64,000 nt of DNA. Source: Microgenomates group bacterium Gr01-1014_16. Its GTDB lineage: Bacteria > Patescibacteriota > Microgenomatia > CAZETR01 > Amesbacteraceae. The position numbers and the translations under genes are program-made. Positions 59,865 through 64,000 of the stretch are shown here, one piece after another (positions within the stretch are counted from its first letter, which is position 1; the number at the start of each line of letters is the position of its first letter). The stretch covers positions 8,309 through 72,308 of the forward strand of contig VMGA01000002.1 in the NCBI GenBank assembly GCA_007376345.1, written 5' to 3'. The notes under the pieces are model-generated. The model did no database searches, was not told the origin of the DNA, and worked only from the letters and a program-made list of their open reading frames with translations.

Positions 59865-61988
59865 ATGAAACTAAAAAAACTATTATCAATAATTGCCCTG
59901 ACGGCACTGTTTACAGTCCAGATTCTGCCTGTCTCTGCCCAGGAGGCTCCGCCCCAACCGCCTACTGCCCCCACCGCCCCGGTTGCGCCTACAGCCCCGC
60001 CCGCTCCTACTGCTCCTACCGCTCCTACTCCACCCCCGCCGCCCCCGCCACCTTTGCCCGCCGAAGCCTTGGCGGAGGAGGGTCCTTCCCCCACCGAAGT
60101 CCCCACTGCTTCTACCCAGTCAGAAGAGCCAACGAGCCTTCCCGAGGAAACTAGTGGCCAAACCCAGGACGGAAATTCAGGAGACACCAATATTACAACC
60201 GGCGACGCTAACAACTCCGGTGTAGTAGTGAGCGAGGCCAACAATAATTTATTGGCCGACTCCGGCCCCGGCATCCTGGAAGTGGTCAATGAGGGTAACG
60301 GTGCCGAGTCCCAAAATACCGGTTCAGTCACCGTAGCCGAGACGAACACTTCGGTTCAACAAAATGAAGCCGAGGTCCAAAATAATCTCGATTTAGGCAG
60401 CGTTACCGGCCAAAATTCAGCCTCTTACACTACCGGCGGCGACGCCAATATCAAAACCGGCGACGCCAACGTTTCCGGAACTGCCATTACCGCCGTAAAC
60501 ACCAATGTGGACGCCGTTTCCGTCTCCGAATTCAATATCGCCGACAACCACGTCGGAGACTATATTTTGGATTTTGCCGCCAACTGTGTCTCGGGTTGCA
60601 GCTCGGGTGATGCCGTCGCCAAAAATTCCGGCAATGGAGCCAACTCCGTCAACGACGCCGATATTTCCCAAGACGTAAATAACCTCGACTTCCAGTCCAA
60701 CTCGGCCACCGTCGGCAACTCCATGATCCTAAATGCCGACTCCGGCGCCAACCAGGCCAACTACCAAACCGGCGGGGATTCCAATATTACAACCGGTGAC
60801 GCCAACGTTTCCGCGTCCTCGCTGACTTTGGCCAATAACAACTTGAGTGGCAACGTCATTTACGGCGTAGTCAATATTTATGGGGACTTGATAGGGGACA
60901 TTATCTTTCCCGAGGAAGCCCTGGCCGGCTGCTGCGCTTCTTCGGCTACAGCTGCCAATATAGGAAACGGAGCTGATTCGACCAACACCGCCAACATCGA
61001 TTCCACTCTCACCGACTCCACCATCCAGAGTAACGACGTGGTTATCGAAAACACCCTCGTTCTGGACGCCGATACCGGTGCCAATAAGACTTCCGGCAAT
61101 ACCGGCGGCGACTCCGCCATTTCTACGGGCGATTCCAACGTTACCGCCCAGGTCTTAAACGTCGCCAATTCCAACATTTCCGGCGGTACCTGGTGGCTGG
61201 TTTTGGTCAACGAAGCCGGCCAGTGGATAGGCCGCATTTTAGGCGCACCCGTTGGCGCCAATTATGCCGGCTCGGCTGACACCCAATTCACAGTCGGCCA
61301 GTCCGGAGAAATTACCGCCGTCAACTCCGGCAACGGTTCCGGCTCCACCAATGATGCCAATGTCTCCCAAACCACGACTAACACCACGGTCCAGACAAAT
61401 TCCGCTACCGTCCAAAACGACCTGAAATTAACTGCCAACACCGGCGGTAATTCTGCTTCTTACAATACCAACGGCGATTCCAATATCCAAACCGGCGACG
61501 CCACTATCATGGCCAATATCGTCAACTTTGTGAACAACAATGTCACCGGCGGCGGCAAATTATTTGTCACAGTCGTCAACGTCTTTGGCAGCTGGCTAGG
61601 TGACTTTGTCACTCCCGGCAGCCATAAAACACCTCCAGTCGCAGAAGTTCCCGCACCCGCCCCAGAACCAGCTGTTGGCGGGGCCGAAATTCCTGCCGTC
61701 CAATCTTCTACATCTAATCCCTCTGATTCCTCTAATTCATCTAACTCCTCTCCTTCCGTTGCTTCCGTATCAGTTCAATCCCGCGTCATCCGCCGCCGCG
61801 TCGCCGGCCTTTCCACCTCTTTCCCTTCAGTCGAATCTCCAGTCCTCGCGTCCGAATCCGTTGTTTCTCCCGACCCCGGTCCCGCCCGCAATAAAGTTCG
61901 CATCAACCTCGCCTGGCTCCTTTTAGGCCTCCCCTTACTCCTGCCCGTTTACCTCCGCTTCCGCCGTCCCCGCATCGTCCAGGTTTGA
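59865..61988 (+). CDS. Paralogous repeat protein with Pro-rich N-terminus and C-terminal membrane anchor
   Basis: GNG..S.N / Q.N.A.V.N / TG.N.A..TGG...I.TGDA repeats; TM helix plus RFRRPR. Confidence 0.8.
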   Translation: MKLKKLLSIIALTALFTVQILPVSAQEAPPQPPTAPTAPVAPTAPPAPTAPTAPTPPPPPPPPLPAEALAEEGPSPTEVPTASTQSEEPTSLPEETSGQTQDGNSGDTNITTGDANNSGVVVSEANNNLLADSGPGILEVVNEGNGAESQNTGSVTVAETNTSVQQNEAEVQNNLDLGSVTGQNSASYTTGGDANIKTGDANVSGTAITAVNTNVDAVSVSEFNIADNHVGDYILDFAANCVSGCSSGDAVAKNSGNGANSVNDADISQDVNNLDFQSNSATVGNSMILNADSGANQANYQTGGDSNITTGDANVSASSLTLANNNLSGNVIYGVVNIYGDLIGDIIFPEEALAGCCASSATAANIGNGADSTNTANIDSTLTDSTIQSNDVVIENTLVLDADTGANKTSGNTGGDSAISTGDSNVTAQVLNVANSNISGGTWWLVLVNEAGQWIGRILGAPVGANYAGSADTQFTVGQSGEITAVNSGNGSGSTNDANVSQTTTNTTVQTNSATVQNDLKLTANTGGNSASYNTNGDSNIQTGDATIMANIVNFVNNNVTGGGKLFVTVVNVFGSWLGDFVTPGSHKTPPVAEVPAPAPEPAVGGAEIPAVQSSTSNPSDSSNSSNSSPSVASVSVQSRVIRRRVAGLSTSFPSVESPVLASESVVSPDPGPARNKVRINLAWLLLGLPLLLPVYLRFRRPRIVQV

Positions 61989-62061
61989 TACATTTTCAAC
62001 TAAAAACATCTATTAAGTGACAGTTGACACGTGCTATAAGCTTTCTATAAAACTATAGGCG

Positions 62062-63426
62062 ATGCGCCGTCCTGCCCTCGGTATTCTGATTATTGTCATC
62101 GGAACTGTCTCGATTCTCCGCCTGACATCGGCCTTTTTCTCCGACACCGAAACCTCCTCCGACAACACTCTCCAAGCCGGCGAACTTGATTTAAAGATCG
62201 ATAATACAAGCTATTACAACGAGGCCTCCAGTTCAGCCACCACCTGGCCATCGGACAATCTTCCCGGCCATCTTTTCTTCGATTTTAATGATCTAAAGCC
62301 CGGCGACCGGGGCGAAGACACTATTAGCCTGTCAGTCCAAAATCCCGCCTGGGCCTGCATGAAAATCAAGATCACCCAAAACACCGACGAAAGTTGTACC
62401 GAACCGGAAATCATCAACGATCCTAGTTGTCCTGACACCGGCGACCTGGCTCAACAACTCAACTTCGTCTTCTGGGCCGACGACGGCGACAACATCCATC
62501 AACTTAATGAACCCGTTATCAAAGAGGGGACTGCATCAGCAATTTTTAATGACGATACCTGGACGTTGGCTGATTCATTGTTCAGTGTCTGGCCCACCCC
62601 TGGGCCTATTCCCGCCAGCGAGACCCGTTACATAGGTAAGTACTGGTGTTTCGGCATACTATCTCCGTCAGCCAATCCTCCAGGCTTCTCTTGTGACGGC
62701 CAAAATCTAAATAACTCCGCCCAGTCGGACAAGGTTATGGCCGATGTGGAATTTACCGCCATCCAATCCCGCCACAACCCCGGTTTTTTATGCAATGGCA
62801 GTATCACTCCCACCCCTCCCATCATCTCTCCCACTATCACCCCCACTCCAACTCCCTTAGCCTGTAACCAAGCCGACGTTATGCTCGTTCTCGATCGCTC
62901 CGGCAGTATCAACTCAACTGAATTGGCTCAGCTCAAAACCGCCTCCAAAGCCTTTGTGGACGACCTCGGCCTGTCTTCGTCCGGCATCCACGCTGGCATG
63001 TCCAGTTTTGCCACCTCCGGCACTCTTAACCACATTCTCTCGTCCAACTCAATCACCATCAAAGCCGCCATCGACCTGCTTGTTTCGGGTGGGTTTACCA
63101 ATCTCAAATCAGGCATTGACATAGCAGCCGGCGAGTTAGCCGGAGTTAACGACCGCCCCGACGGTTCCTCGCCGGATAAAATGATTGTGATAACCGACGG
63201 CCACCCCAACCGTCCCCTGCCCGAATCCACCGCCGATGACGTTGCTGCTACTTCCGCCGATGCGGCCCGCGCCGCCGGCTCCGAAATCTTTGTCGTGGGC
63301 GTCGGCTCCGACGTGGACGCAACATATCTCCAAAACGAAATTGCCGACGACGCCGGCCACTACTTCCCTATTTCAAATTACAGCGACCTGCAAACCGCGT
63401 TACAAAATCTCGACCTATGCGATTAA
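62062..63426 (+). CDS. TasA/CalY-like (SipW-class signal) protein with C-terminal vWA domain
   Basis: TSAFFSDTETS.DN...AG.LDL, LKPGD; DRSGS...T...TDG MIDAS. Confidence 0.85.
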   Translation: MRRPALGILIIVIGTVSILRLTSAFFSDTETSSDNTLQAGELDLKIDNTSYYNEASSSATTWPSDNLPGHLFFDFNDLKPGDRGEDTISLSVQNPAWACMKIKITQNTDESCTEPEIINDPSCPDTGDLAQQLNFVFWADDGDNIHQLNEPVIKEGTASAIFNDDTWTLADSLFSVWPTPGPIPASETRYIGKYWCFGILSPSANPPGFSCDGQNLNNSAQSDKVMADVEFTAIQSRHNPGFLCNGSITPTPPIISPTITPTPTPLACNQADVMLVLDRSGSINSTELAQLKTASKAFVDDLGLSSSGIHAGMSSFATSGTLNHILSSNSITIKAAIDLLVSGGFTNLKSGIDIAAGELAGVNDRPDGSSPDKMIVITDGHPNRPLPESTADDVAATSADAARAAGSEIFVVGVGSDVDATYLQNEIADDAGHYFPISNYSDLQTALQNLDLCD

Positions 63427-63496
63427 TTAAATTATTAAATTATTGAACATTGATTATTGAACATTGATTATTAAAGAGAGAGGGGGTGAATAACGA

Positions 63497-64000
63497 ATGA
63501 AGAAAATATTACTAGGCTTATTAGTCACCGGAGCTGTCGGCGGAGTGGCATTTTATGCCACCAACGCCTTCTTCTCCGACACCGAAACATCAACGGGAAA
63601 CACCTTGCAAGCTGGTGCAATCGATCTCAAAGTAGATAACACTTGTTACTACAATGGGCAGGCATGTACTCAAGGCCCTGATGATAGATTCTACTGGGGA
63701 GGACTACCCAATCATCCCAGCCCAACACCAGCCACAAATCTCTGTTCATGTACCTGGAAATCTAAAAATCTTGAAGAAGGCGATCTATTTTTTGATATTG
63801 AAGATATCAAACCAGGAGACTGGGAAGAGGACACAATCAGCCTAACAGTTGAAAATAACGAGGCTTGGCTTTGTGCAGACGTTCATTTAACAAGTGATGA
63901 CGACGTAACCTGCACCGAACCCGAATCTGAGACAGGTCTTGCCGACCCCGAGTGTAGCGCTCCAACGCCTTCGCCAGGTACGGGCGAACTTGCCGATAGA
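63497..64000 (+). CDS. Second TasA/CalY-like protein, partial
   Basis: Own translation MKKILLG...TNAFFSDTETSTGNTLQAGAIDLKVDN...IKPGD; SD AGGGGGTGA. Confidence 0.85.
   Translation, partial: MKKILLGLLVTGAVGGVAFYATNAFFSDTETSTGNTLQAGAIDLKVDNTCYYNGQACTQGPDDRFYWGGLPNHPSPTPATNLCSCTWKSKNLEEGDLFFDIEDIKPGDWEEDTISLTVENNEAWLCADVHLTSDDDVTCTEPESETGLADPECSAPTPSPGTGELADR

Overview
This is a 64 kb window of a compact bacterial chromosome. Gene content and intergenic style suggest Patescibacteria/CPR, probably Microgenomates (inference). Housekeeping genes (secA, serS, lysS, greA, lon, typA, prfB, ftsEX, tRNA-Glu) are interspersed with three Fic genes and about six toxin-antitoxin modules. There is a type IV pilin locus at 18.7-26.4 kb. 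From 42.7 kb to the end is a co-oriented extracellular-matrix-like region: a GT2-flippase-GT4 fusion, polysaccharide tailoring enzymes, a sortase with a substrate, a DUF2292/YezD small gene followed by a switchable terminator RNA, two Asn/Asp/Gly-rich repeat proteins and two TasA/SipW-class proteins. Notable non-coding signals are a compact putative Ser T-box before a PspA-like phosphatase and serS, a greA leader terminator, a CIRCE box before lon, widespread leaderless-type promoters, recurring palindromes and in-frame short tandem repeats. Three genes (secA, serS, the sortase substrate) have frame breaks that may be assembly errors. All calls are from motif recognition by eye; no searches were run.
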